Source of the DNA: Gammaproteobacteria bacterium | Lineage (GTDB): Bacteria; Pseudomonadota; Gammaproteobacteria; CAJXQU01 | Length of the DNA stretch: 64,000 nt | Assembly (NCBI GenBank): GCA_965238175.1 | Contig: CBDEGZ010000003.1 | Coordinates: forward strand, 1,984,001-2,048,000 | Direction: 5' to 3' | In this document: piece by piece, positions 31,412-39,955 of the stretch | How the letters are laid out: every line of letters starts with the position of its first letter | Numbering within the stretch: position 1 is the first letter of the stretch | Made by a program: the position numbers and the translations under genes | Notes under the pieces: generated by a model | What the model was told of the DNA's origin: nothing | The model's input: only the letters and a program-made list of their open reading frames with translations | The model's database searches: none

Positions 31412-32637
31412 TGTAGAAGTTTAGACCCAATCTGACACATCACTAAATCAAGCGGAGCGTAGCGACGCTTGATTTAGTGAGAGTTACCCGCTTTGATGTA
31501 ACTGCAACGTAAACATCAAAACACAAAGAGGTAACTCTCATGATTCATACTAATGACAAAGTTATAAAACATAAAGTTGGTCTACTCAATCTCGCTGAAG
31601 AACTCGGCAATGTCTCAAAAGCCTGCAAGATGATGGGTTTGTCCAGAGATACATTTTATCGCTACAAAGAAGCGGCTGATGAAGGCGGTGTAGAAGCCTT
31701 GTTTGATCGTAATCGGCGTACCCCAAATCTTAAAAACAGAATCGACCCGGCTATTGAAACCGTTGTGCTCGAGTATGCACTGGAAGAGCCCGCACATGGT
31801 CAAACGCGCACCAGTAACGAGCTGCGCAAACGGGGAACATTTGTCTCACCCAGTGGCGTTCGTTGTATCTGGCTTCGTCATGGTCTTGCTTGCTTTAAAG
31901 ATCGCCTGAAGGCATTGTCTGATAAGGTAGCTGGTGAAGGCTTGATCCTCACTGAGTCTCAAGTCGCGGCGATGGAACGCAAGAAAGACGACGATGAGGC
32001 TTGTGGCGAGATAGAGACGGCACACCCTGGTTATCTTGGCTCGCAAGATACTTACTATGTCGGTACTTTCAAAGGCATTGGTCGGGTTTATCAACAAACG
32101 TTTGTTGATACTTACAGCAAGGTCGCTCACGCGAAACTGTACCCGACTAAAACACCGATTACGGCAGCTGACATGCTCAATGACCGCGTCCTCCCATTCT
32201 ACGAACAACAACGTTTGCCTATGTTGCGCATTTTGACAGATAGAGGGACGGAGTATTGTGGGCGAGCTGACCAGCATGATTATCAGCTTTATATGGCGTT
32301 GAACAATATCGAACACACCAAAACCAAGGTCAAATCACCTCAGACGAATGGTATTTGTGAGCGATTCCATAAGACGATCCTCAATGAGTTTTATCAAGTC
32401 GCTTTGCGTAAGAAAATTTACCAATCGATTGATGAACTGCAACTCGACCTTGACGAATGGTTGCTCAAATACAATACTCAACGAACTCACCAAGGCAAAA
32501 TGTGCTGCGGGAGGACGCCGATGGAAACACTCATCGACGGACAAGCTATCTGGAAGGAAAAGTTTGTGAATTAAACTTAACCTGACAGTCGGTTACTGAT
32601 AATTGGGTAACTGTCAGATCAAATCTGAATTTCTACA
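31412..32637 (+). mobile_element. IS481-family insertion sequence, intact
   Basis: TIRs TGTAGAAGTTTAGACCCAATCTGACA / TGTCAGATCAAATCTGAATTTCTACA; no obvious target duplication. Confidence 0.92.
31540..32574 (+). CDS. IS481-family DDE transposase
   Basis: LGNVSKACKMMGLSRDTFYRY, SQDT, TDRGTEY, PQTNGICERFHKT. Confidence 0.95.
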   Translation: MIHTNDKVIKHKVGLLNLAEELGNVSKACKMMGLSRDTFYRYKEAADEGGVEALFDRNRRTPNLKNRIDPAIETVVLEYALEEPAHGQTRTSNELRKRGTFVSPSGVRCIWLRHGLACFKDRLKALSDKVAGEGLILTESQVAAMERKKDDDEACGEIETAHPGYLGSQDTYYVGTFKGIGRVYQQTFVDTYSKVAHAKLYPTKTPITAADMLNDRVLPFYEQQRLPMLRILTDRGTEYCGRADQHDYQLYMALNNIEHTKTKVKSPQTNGICERFHKTILNEFYQVALRKKIYQSIDELQLDLDEWLLKYNTQRTHQGKMCCGRTPMETLIDGQAIWKEKFVN

Positions 32638-32705
32638 AATTATGGGTTGTTTTATCATTTAAAATGACACCCTCCCCACTTTTCGGCATTTTTGTTGCGT
32701 CTTTA

Positions 32706-32978
32706 TTAAGCTCTCTTTATACGGCGCGTATGTTCTCGGGTATCTAAAAGACCTTTCACATCATGGTAGGCCTGTTGCCATCTAGGATCGGATTTAAATA
32801 ATAGTTTTTCTTTAACACTATCTAATTCTTCCTTAGTGTAATCGTTTGCATCTTCTGGCTTTTCGTAACACCAACGTAAGCGCTTCAATCGAGCTAGAAG
32901 TGCGTAAGTTGACCAATCTTCTAACTCCTGTAAGGGAATTTTATCTAGTGCTTTTTTTATACCTATTTGCTTTTTCAT
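32706..32978 (-). CDS. Cassette 1 ORF (antisense to the array), hypothetical
   Basis: 90-aa ORF between IS481 and attC1. Confidence 0.65.
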   Translation of the reverse strand: MKKQIGIKKALDKIPLQELEDWSTYALLARLKRLRWCYEKPEDANDYTKEELDSVKEKLLFKSDPRWQQAYHDVKGLLDTREHTRRIKRA

Positions 32979-33023
32979 ATGTTAAAAATAGCATTTAATG
33001 TTTATATTGTTAATTATAAACTT

Positions 33024-33095
33024 ACATAACAAGTTGCTACATCGGAAAACCAACTCGCTGGCGCTCGTCGTTTTCCGCTGAGTAAGGCGTTATAG
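33024..33095 (+). repeat. attC1
   Basis: ACATAAC...GTTATAG. Confidence 0.9.
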
Positions 33096-33110
33096 CTCAA
33101 GGGAAGATTA

Positions 33111-33503
33111 GTGCCATTTAGCTTATCAGAGGAATATTTAGTCCAAACGGAAATTGAGTTGGGAGCGAGACTACCCCTCGATTACCGCGAAGCAATGAAA
33201 GCCGATAATGGCGGTGAAGCATCTACGACAGATGATGAATGGGAGTTTTATCCAATCAAAGACACATCTGATAGAAAAAGGCTGTCCCGTACTTGTAATC
33301 ACATTATTAACGAAACTGAATCATGCAGGGGATTTGGCAACTTCCCTGAAGAAGCTTTGGCCATCGCAGGTAATGGTCTAGGTGACCAAATGGTTTTCAT
33401 TAAGAATTCGGGACAGTTTCTAAACACTGTTTATTTGTGGCTTCATGAAACAGGTGAACTTCATAAATTAGTGGCGTCATTCAATGAAATCAAAAAGCTA
33501 TAA
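33111..33503 (+). CDS. Cassette: SMI1/KNR4 (SUKH) family protein
   Basis: EIELGARLPLDYR..NGG, AIAGNGLGD, VYLWLHETG. Confidence 0.85.
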   Translation: MPFSLSEEYLVQTEIELGARLPLDYREAMKADNGGEASTTDDEWEFYPIKDTSDRKRLSRTCNHIINETESCRGFGNFPEEALAIAGNGLGDQMVFIKNSGQFLNTVYLWLHETGELHKLVASFNEIKKL

Positions 33504-33580
33504 CAAAGCAATGTTACGAAAGTCAACTACTGGGTCAAAACCCGCCCATCAGTTGACCTTAGCAAATTGCGGCGTTATGC
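33498..33580 (+). repeat. attC2
   Basis: CTATAAC...GTTATGC. Confidence 0.85.
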
Positions 33581-33586
33581 ATCATT

Positions 33587-34117
33587 ATGACTAAGGAAGA
33601 GTATTTAAGCATCGTTAGTGCCTTTGAAGGCGAAATCTTAATTTCGGTTGAGTACTTCGAAATTAACTACGAGGGTAATCAGGCAGAATTCACTGAAAAT
33701 TCAAATTATGACTGTTTGGATTATGGTGTTAATTTAAAAATGCAGTCTGGGAAGGTATTTGGCTTTATCTGGGGTAGCGAGTTCACGCAATATGGGGTAT
33801 CTGTCTTGGAGGCTCCTTTACAATCTGAAGTAACAGAGTGTAGGGAGATTGATGTCACCTAATTGTCAAATTGGCGCCAATTTATCGGTGACAAGGTTCA
33901 AACCACTGAAGTGGTTTGGCACTGGGTAAAAGAAGTTGGCCTATTTAAAAAGAAAACGTATTACCCTCAAAGTATCGTGCTTACATTTAAATCTGGTGGA
34001 GTAGTGGTTATTTCAGCGCTAGAAATATCTGATAATTCGCATTGGGGTATGGCTGATAACATTGTTGTATTCTTTAATCAGGCATCGGCGCAAAGCTACG
34101 GAGCTTTAAATGCATAA
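33587..34117 (+). pseudogene. Cassette: hypothetical protein with in-frame TAA at 33860
   Basis: ORFs 33587-33862 and 33863-34117 share a frame and together fill one cassette. Confidence 0.75.
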
Positions 34118-34210
34118 CAAGACTGTTAAATACATTCCAGCCGCAAAAAGCGCGGCTTCCATCGGACTGGCTACGCGTTGCTCCGCCAGCCGTTTACAGT
34201 GGCGTTATGC
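34112..34210 (+). repeat. attC3
   Basis: GCATAAC...GTTATGC. Confidence 0.88.
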
Positions 34211-34225
34211 TTTAAAATATCAATT

Positions 34226-34621
34226 ATGAAGAATTTCGAAAGTAATAAAATAAAGGAGAGGTTGGAGAAAAGAAAGAAAGCAGCTCTTGAGAGTGCCGTC
34301 TCCTATATGTCCAATACTAAATGGAGGAAACTTATATCTTCTATTGATTCTATAGAGCATCTTTTAACAGGCTCAAATTGGAATTTAATTTGGAACGAAG
34401 AAATCATTTCTGAAAATGAGGTTCCTAATTCCGAGGATGTATTAACAAATCATTTAGTCGATGGTACATTTTACTATGTAGGATACGACGATATAGTTTG
34501 GCTAGAGCTTGTTACAAAAGAACCAGATACAGTATTAAATTACTTCTCGGCTATTGCAAAGTTTGAGCTCACCAAATCAAAAAAAGGTGTAAAAATACAT
34601 GGGTATAAATTAAATGCATAA
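34226..34621 (+). CDS. Cassette: DUF6678-like protein
   Basis: MSNTKWRKL...DIVWLEL...IHGYK; family name from memory. Confidence 0.65.
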   Translation: MKNFESNKIKERLEKRKKAALESAVSYMSNTKWRKLISSIDSIEHLLTGSNWNLIWNEEIISENEVPNSEDVLTNHLVDGTFYYVGYDDIVWLELVTKEPDTVLNYFSAIAKFELTKSKKGVKIHGYKLNA

Positions 34622-34687
34622 CAAGTTGCTACATCGGAAAACCAACTCGCTGGCGCTCGTCGTTTTCCGTTGAGTAAGGCGTTATGC
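34616..34687 (+). repeat. attC4 (near-identical to attC1)
   Basis: GCATAAC...GTTATGC; internal sequence differs from attC1 by 1 nt. Confidence 0.9.
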
Positions 34688-34693
34688 ATCATT

Positions 34694-35017
34694 ATGAAGC
34701 TGAGTAAAAAAATTGAGCTAGAGTTCAACAAAGAGAATTTTTTAACACTGTTGTCTTATGGTCAACAGCCGGATCAATCTCCATACACTCATAAGCAAAT
34801 TGCTGAGTGGTGTGAACCGTTCTGGAATAAATACAGTGATATTGATACTTCGGCACAAATTGAAAAAATCATGCCTTTGCTCGCAGATGTAGAAACGCAA
34901 TGGGATCTTTATCTGGCTAATACATTCTCATCATCTGAGCTAAAGCAATTAGATTTTGAATCTGTAAAATTGCCAGTGGCGTGGTTTAAAAATTAGAGTT
35001 TAACGGCAAATGCATAA
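34694..35017 (+). pseudogene. Cassette: hypothetical protein with premature TAG at 34994
   Basis: The frame continues SLTANA to the TAA inside attC5. Confidence 0.55.
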
Positions 35018-35087
35018 CAAGGCTGTTAAATTCGTTTCGGCCAAAAAAACGGCCTGGCTCCGCCAAGCGCTTACAGTGGCGTTATGA
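35012..35087 (+). repeat. attC5
   Basis: GCATAAC...GTTATGA; shortened relative of attC3. Confidence 0.82.
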
Positions 35088-35105
35088 AGCACTGGGAGTA
35101 TCATT

Positions 35106-35513
35106 ATGATTAAGCAAGTTGGAGAAACAGCAATAAATCCAATCCATAAATCTACTTGCCACTGTGGTGCGGTCGAGATAGAAGTTCAGTTACCCAATGG
35201 CATCGTCGAACCGCGCAGATGTAACTGTTCAATTTGCCGACGAAAAGGCGCAGTTGTCGGATCTGTGCCTTTATCAGGATTAAAAGTTGTTAAGGGTAAG
35301 GACAAATTGAGTCTCTACCAATTTGATACAAAAGAAGCGGAACATTATTTCTGTTCAGTGTGTGGCATCTACACTCATCACAAGCGACGATCAAACCCAA
35401 ATTAATATGGGATAAACCTAGGGTGTCTGGAAGACGTTGATCCTAATCTTATTGAAGGAGTAGAGATCCATGATGGAGCAAACAATCATCCATCAGATAG
35501 GCGTGCTTCATAA
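35106..35513 (+). pseudogene. Cassette: GFA/CENP-V family Zn protein with premature TAA at 35403
   Basis: CHCG, CNCSIC, FCSVCG; the frame continues YGINLGCLE...NHPSD after the stop. Confidence 0.85.
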
Positions 35514-35749
35514 CAATCGCATGCAGTCGGACGTGATCTAGCACCACTTTGATGGGCAGTATTTTACTGTGATATTGAAGCGGTGGCTCACATCGTCGAA
35601 TATATTGAGTTTTATAATCGAGAACGATTGCATTCATCCTTGAACTACCAATCATCGGAAAATTATGAAAAACTATGTGCATGAAAGTGTCCACTAAAGT
35701 GGTGCTAGATCACTACCGCTCGTATTTTTCGCTGAGCAAGGCGTTAGCT
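35508..35749 (+). repeat. attC6, chimeric and interrupted by an IS3 remnant
   Basis: TCATAAC left half and GTTAGCT right half do not pair. Confidence 0.7.
35534..35712 (+). mobile_element. 179-bp internally deleted IS3-family element (MITE-like)
   Basis: Perfect 17-bp TIR TGATCTAGCACCACTTT / AAAGTGGTGCTAGATCA; encodes the transposase tail YIEFYNRERLHSSLNYQS. Confidence 0.85.
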
Positions 35750-35762
35750 CTCAAGGAAAAAT

Positions 35763-36335
35763 ATGAACTACGATGCTCAATTAATAATACAGAAAGAGCT
35801 TGATTCAGGCGAAAAGTTCCTATGGGCTGGAATGCCAAAGCAGGGAACGATATTTAAGGGTAGCGATGTCTTTATGGTTCCATTTAGTTTGCTATGGGGT
35901 GGTTTTGCTATTTTCTGGGAAATAATAGCGCTTCAAATTCCAAGCGAAAAAGCAGGAGCGGTGAGCATAATTTTCCCACTATATGGAATACCTTTTGTCT
36001 TAATTGGGTTGTATCTTATTTTTGGGCGTTTTATATACGATTCAAAAAAAAGGGCAAAAACTTTCTACGGCCTCACAGATCAAAGGGCAATAATTATCTC
36101 TGGCCTATTTAGTAAAGGTGTTAAAAGCCTTAACCTAAAAACAATGAGTGATGTCTCGTTGTCTGAAAAATCAGATGGGCATGGCACAATTACATTTGGT
36201 CAAGAGAATCAAATGATGTCCATGTTTATGGGAGGCAGTTTCCCTGATATGGATGGTTCTACTGTACCCAAGTTTGAGTTAATTAAAGATGCTAAGCAGA
36301 TTTATAATCAGCTTCGAGCACAACAAAAGAGCTAA
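35763..36335 (+). CDS. Cassette: membrane protein with a bacterial PH-like domain
   Basis: GEKFLWAGMP, two TM segments, YGLTDQRAII, GTITFG. Confidence 0.75.
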   Translation: MNYDAQLIIQKELDSGEKFLWAGMPKQGTIFKGSDVFMVPFSLLWGGFAIFWEIIALQIPSEKAGAVSIIFPLYGIPFVLIGLYLIFGRFIYDSKKRAKTFYGLTDQRAIIISGLFSKGVKSLNLKTMSDVSLSEKSDGHGTITFGQENQMMSMFMGGSFPDMDGSTVPKFELIKDAKQIYNQLRAQQKS

Positions 36336-36396
36336 CAAGTCGTTCAAAATTGACGGCGCAAAAAAAACGCGCCGCAATTTAACTCAAACGTTATGA
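36330..36396 (+). repeat. attC7
   Basis: AGCTAAC...GTTATGA. Confidence 0.88.
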
Positions 36397-36403
36397 GTAG
36401 AAA

Positions 36404-36715
36404 ATGAAAAAGGAATACCCTGAAGAAATCAAAATGTATGATCACGTTTCTAATAGCGGAATCGTGCATATGCCAGGAGGATATTTCCGGCAGTTGCGAT
36501 TCAAGATGATTCACTCAGCAATATACTGTCAACGGCTTTAGAGCTAATGGAGAAAGGTAAAAGCTATCAAGACGAAGACCTTTATTACAGTAGTTTAGAA
36601 TTGGCAGAACGACTCCGGAATCACCTTGCACACTATGAAGAGATTCTAGAAAAAGAAGGTTTCGAAAAACCATATTCACTAACCGCCAGGCAACTAGAAA
36701 TAGTCGATGATTAAA
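36404..36715 (+). pseudogene. Cassette: frameshifted DUF6959-like gene
   Basis: MKKEYPEEIKMYDHVSNSGIVHMPG, then out-of-frame FPAVAIQDDSLSNIL. Confidence 0.55.
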
Positions 36716-36771
36716 CAAGTCAAAGCAAATGGACGCGCAAACAGCGCGCGCCATTGTTTGAAACGTTAGGA
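36710..36771 (+). repeat. attC8 (degenerate left core)
   Basis: ATTAAAC...CAAAGCAAATGG/CCATTGTTTG...GTTAGGA. Confidence 0.78.
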
Positions 36772-36777
36772 GACAGA

Positions 36778-37217
36778 ATGGCTATCGATACATCAGGTGA
36801 GAGGTGGAAAGGATCAGCACCAGAGGATATGAATGAATATATTCGCCTTCTGTCAGAAGAACACTATCAAGCGGATGATTTAAACTTTCTTCATGCAAAT
36901 GCGGCGGCTTGAATTTCAATCTCGATCTTGACAAAGATGAAGGTTGCACGAAACATACATGTGAAATATGTGGAGCTGAGCATTTTATTTGTGATAGCGA
37001 AGAATATTTTAAAGATGCCGAACCTGAAGCATAGAGCTGCATTGGCTGTAAAGGTAGTAAAACGAATGTAGGCGTGGGTTACGCATTCCGATCATCTGAT
37101 GTTTACGTTGCAGTTACATCAAAGCGGGTAACTCTCACTAAATCAAGCATTGCTACGCTTAGCTTGATTTAGTGATGTGTCAGATTGGGTCTAAACTTCT
37201 ACACTTGAGCAGGCATG
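36778..37217 (+). pseudogene. Cassette: Cys-rich protein, paralog of 44958-45314; frameshifted, with a stop codon and an IS481 scar
   Basis: MAIDTSGERWKG..., CKCGG..LD.DEG..TCEICG..ICDSEEY..A*SCIGCK..VGVGYA. Confidence 0.7.
37097..37203 (-). mobile_element. Solo IS481 left-end fragment (107 bp), inverted
   Basis: Reverse complement of 31412-31518 with 4 differences. Confidence 0.93.
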
Positions 37218-37227
37218 AAAATATGCC

Positions 37228-37305
37228 TTCTAACCAGGCAAATCACGCGGATGTCAAAACCGCCTCTTCGCTCTGGTTTTGTCTCCGGTGTTTGCAGCGT
37301 TATGC
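37228..37305 (+). repeat. attC9
   Basis: TTCTAAC...GTTATGC. Confidence 0.82.
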
Positions 37306-37332
37306 CACTAAATCTCAAACAAAGTATTGTTT

Positions 37333-37914
37333 ATGAAAAAAATCATATTTATTTTACTCCTCTTTATTTCACTCCTCTATACTTGCTCAACCACTAATAT
37401 TCTTGCAAAGGTAGAGTTGAAAAACTGTCCTGTTTCTGATGGATTTGATTTTCCAGTAGGAAAGCCTGATTCCAAAAAATATTATAATGCACAAAAATTT
37501 GGCAAAAACTACCATCTTGGTGATGATTGGAACGGCATCAGTGGCGGAAATTCTGATTTTGGTGACCCCGTTTTCTCTATAAGTAATGGAATAGTTTTCT
37601 TTGCTGGTGATATAAAAGGAGGCTGGGGAAATATAGTTCGTATCTATCATAATTATGGTACATCGGAAAAACCGATTTACATCGAATCTATATATGCGCA
37701 CTTGGATAGAATTCTTGTTAAATCAGGAGATCTAATTAAAAAAGGAGATAAGATAGGCACAATAGGTAATGCCAATGGCCAATATTTTTCCCATCTACAC
37801 TTTGAGATAAGAGATAAAATAAATATGAAAATAGGTAGAGGATATTCAAAAAATACAACAGGTTACTTAGACCCAACAGCTTTTATAAATAAATATAGAA
37901 TTCTTCCTGACTGA
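37333..37914 (+). CDS. Cassette: secreted M23-family metallopeptidase
   Basis: Signal peptide; HLGDDW, YAHL, HLHFEIR, DP. Confidence 0.88.
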   Translation: MKKIIFILLLFISLLYTCSTTNILAKVELKNCPVSDGFDFPVGKPDSKKYYNAQKFGKNYHLGDDWNGISGGNSDFGDPVFSISNGIVFFAGDIKGGWGNIVRIYHNYGTSEKPIYIESIYAHLDRILVKSGDLIKKGDKIGTIGNANGQYFSHLHFEIRDKINMKIGRGYSKNTTGYLDPTAFINKYRILPD

Positions 37915-37987
37915 TTTTACAAAATAATATCAAAACCTATAGTTCTACATGAAGGTATGATTATAAATTATTTAAACTCAAAAAAAT

Positions 37988-38087
37988 GCATAACAAATTG
38001 CTAAAGTATACTCCAGCCACAAAAAAGCGTGGCTTCCGTAGGACGCGCTACACGTTGTTTCGCACGCACCTTAGCAAGGCGTTATGT
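37988..38087 (+). repeat. attC10
   Basis: GCATAAC...GTTATGT. Confidence 0.88.
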
Positions 38088-38097
38088 GTAACCAATA

Positions 38098-38574
38098 ATG
38101 AACTACGACTTTAAATCAAAAATTGATTGTTCGTTCCAGCTTACTGAGAATGTAATGTTGGAAGTTAAGCCATACATTGAGGTTTCATTCCCTTGTTCAA
38201 ACTGTAAAAGGGATCATCGTACCGTCATCTTCCGCAATATCGGAGCCCGAGGTATATGTACTCCTAAAACAAAATGTGTAGGCTTTCCTGGCACTTTAAA
38301 GTCTTTGGTGCTCAGCGATACTGAAAGTGGTAAAAGTGCATGCTTCGTAATTGAGTATAACTATACGGATTTTATTGATACCAAGTATCAAAGGAATACT
38401 CAAAATGGAGCTACTTGGACTAGAATTCACTACATCATTACATGCCCTAAATGTATCGAAACTACAGAATCTACAACTCAAACTAATATCATACGACCGA
38501 TCAAGAGAGTGTGTAATTGCGGAAATGTGCTTTATCATGAACCTGATAATCCTATTAACATAGAAAACACATAA
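38098..38574 (+). CDS. Cassette: Cys-rich putative Zn-binding protein
   Basis: CSNC, CPKC, CNCG. Confidence 0.7.
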   Translation: MNYDFKSKIDCSFQLTENVMLEVKPYIEVSFPCSNCKRDHRTVIFRNIGARGICTPKTKCVGFPGTLKSLVLSDTESGKSACFVIEYNYTDFIDTKYQRNTQNGATWTRIHYIITCPKCIETTESTTQTNIIRPIKRVCNCGNVLYHEPDNPINIENT

Positions 38575-38683
38575 CAAAGTGCTGAACCAGACACATACTG
38601 CTACGCTCGTTTTGTGTGTCGTTTTGCTCCATTTTCACACAAAACGCTCTCCGCAGTATGTGCTGGTGAGCGCGACGTTATAA
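38569..38683 (+). repeat. attC11 (long, 115 bp)
   Basis: ACATAAC...GTTATAA; ACATACTG/CAGTATGT and TTTTGTGTG/CACACAAAA pairing. Confidence 0.88.
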
Positions 38684-38713
38684 TGGCTCTCCAAAATTCA
38701 GGTAACGAGGAAT

Positions 38714-39069
38714 ATGAATACTTCAACTAATGACAAAGTAAACGACTTCCTTTTCGATATACAATCTATATCCTCTGAGCAATTTGACATTGTGATTTCA
38801 ATAAAAGAGATATTTTTGAGAATCAATAACGAATTAGTCGAAGACATTAAATATGGGGGGTCTTTAATCTATCAAATGGATTGGTTGGAGGGATTTATAC
38901 ATACAAAGAACATATTTCAATCGAGTTCAGCAACGGAGCTGATTTTATTGATGTCGAGTCTATTTTGGAGGGTGGCGGTAAAAAAAGGCGGCACTTAAAG
39001 ATATATACAGATGACGACATTGCTCACAAAAATATCGAGTACTTTGTAAGTCAAGCAGTGAATAGTTAA
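38714..39069 (+). pseudogene. Cassette: DUF1801-like gene frameshifted near 38860
   Basis: EDIKYGG, then out-of-frame GGIYTYKEHISIEFSNGA...LEGGGKKRRHLKI. Confidence 0.75.
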
Positions 39070-39082
39070 AGGAAAGTATCGA

Positions 39083-39478
39083 ATGGTAAAATTTGGATAT
39101 ACAATAAATTATGTTAGTGATGTTGATGTGACCTTGTCATTCTTTGAAAAAACGTTTGAAATTAAACGTCGCTTTATCACAGATGAAAATGACTATGGAG
39201 AATTGGGTACTGGCGAAACAACTCTGGCTTTTGCATCTCAGGAGCTAGGATTATCAAACTTCTCTGGTGGGTACATAAGTTCTACTGAATCTGATAAGCC
39301 ATTGGGCATTGAAATAGTTCTTGTAACCGATGATGTTAGTGGCACTCATCAGAGAGCATTACAGAATGGTGCTATTGAGCTAAAATCACCTGAAACAAAA
39401 ACTTGGGGACAAATCGTTTCCTACGTTCGTTGCCCTTCTGGCATTTTAATCGAATTATGTACCCCGATTCAAAGTTAA
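39083..39478 (+). CDS. Cassette (second ORF): VOC/glyoxalase family protein
   Basis: YVSDV..FFEKTF, YGELGTG, WGQIVSYVRCPSGILIELC. Confidence 0.88.
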   Translation: MVKFGYTINYVSDVDVTLSFFEKTFEIKRRFITDENDYGELGTGETTLAFASQELGLSNFSGGYISSTESDKPLGIEIVLVTDDVSGTHQRALQNGAIELKSPETKTWGQIVSYVRCPSGILIELCTPIQS

Positions 39479-39479
39479 G

Positions 39480-39527
39480 CTACAACAAGGCATTGCAGCG
39501 GATAAACCGCTGAATGCAGCGTTATAG
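39480..39527 (+). repeat. attC12 (only 48 bp)
   Basis: CTACAAC-AAGG-CATTGCAGCGG-ATAAA-CCGCTGAATG-CAGC-GTTATAG. Confidence 0.8.
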
Positions 39528-39545
39528 GTCAATGGAATTAGTCAG

Positions 39546-39860
39546 TTGCTTCCGGTAATGAACAATACAAAGTGGAAGGAAATTCAGAAAGCCATGTACG
39601 AGCTTCAGGAAAGTCCGCAGTGGCGCACACGCTGCTTAACTAATGGTTATATTACAAACTGGGATGGAGAGTGGCGTTATCATTTCTCCGAAGGTGGCTT
39701 CAAAGATATAGAGTGGGTAGAAATAAAAACTGAAAATGATGTGCAGTTTGAACTTGTCTTTTCCTTACTTAAATCAATTCATGTGCCTGGCATAAAAATC
39801 GAGAATGGTTTCAAGGTTTATGGTTATGTTAACGAGGGACAATCAGTTGATTATCTGTAA
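39546..39860 (+). CDS. Cassette: DUF6678-like protein
   Basis: MNNTKWKEI...WDGEW..H..KDIEWVEI...VYGY; start uncertain. Confidence 0.7.
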   Translation: MLPVMNNTKWKEIQKAMYELQESPQWRTRCLTNGYITNWDGEWRYHFSEGGFKDIEWVEIKTENDVQFELVFSLLKSIHVPGIKIENGFKVYGYVNEGQSVDYL

Positions 39861-39862
39861 AC

Positions 39863-39949
39863 CTATAACAAGTTACTTAAGCATTGTTCCGGCCCAAAAA
39901 CGGCCTCCACTGGACGCGCTAACGCACGCCACTTAGCAAGGCGTTAACT
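39863..39949 (+). repeat. attC13
   Basis: CTATAAC...GTTAACT. Confidence 0.85.
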
Positions 39950-39955
39950 ACTGCT

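Noticed and set aside
33860-37035. Stop-codon reassignment explaining the in-frame stops
   Set aside because: Core genes end normally in TAA, TAG and TGA; two stop types are involved and they occur only in accessory DNA
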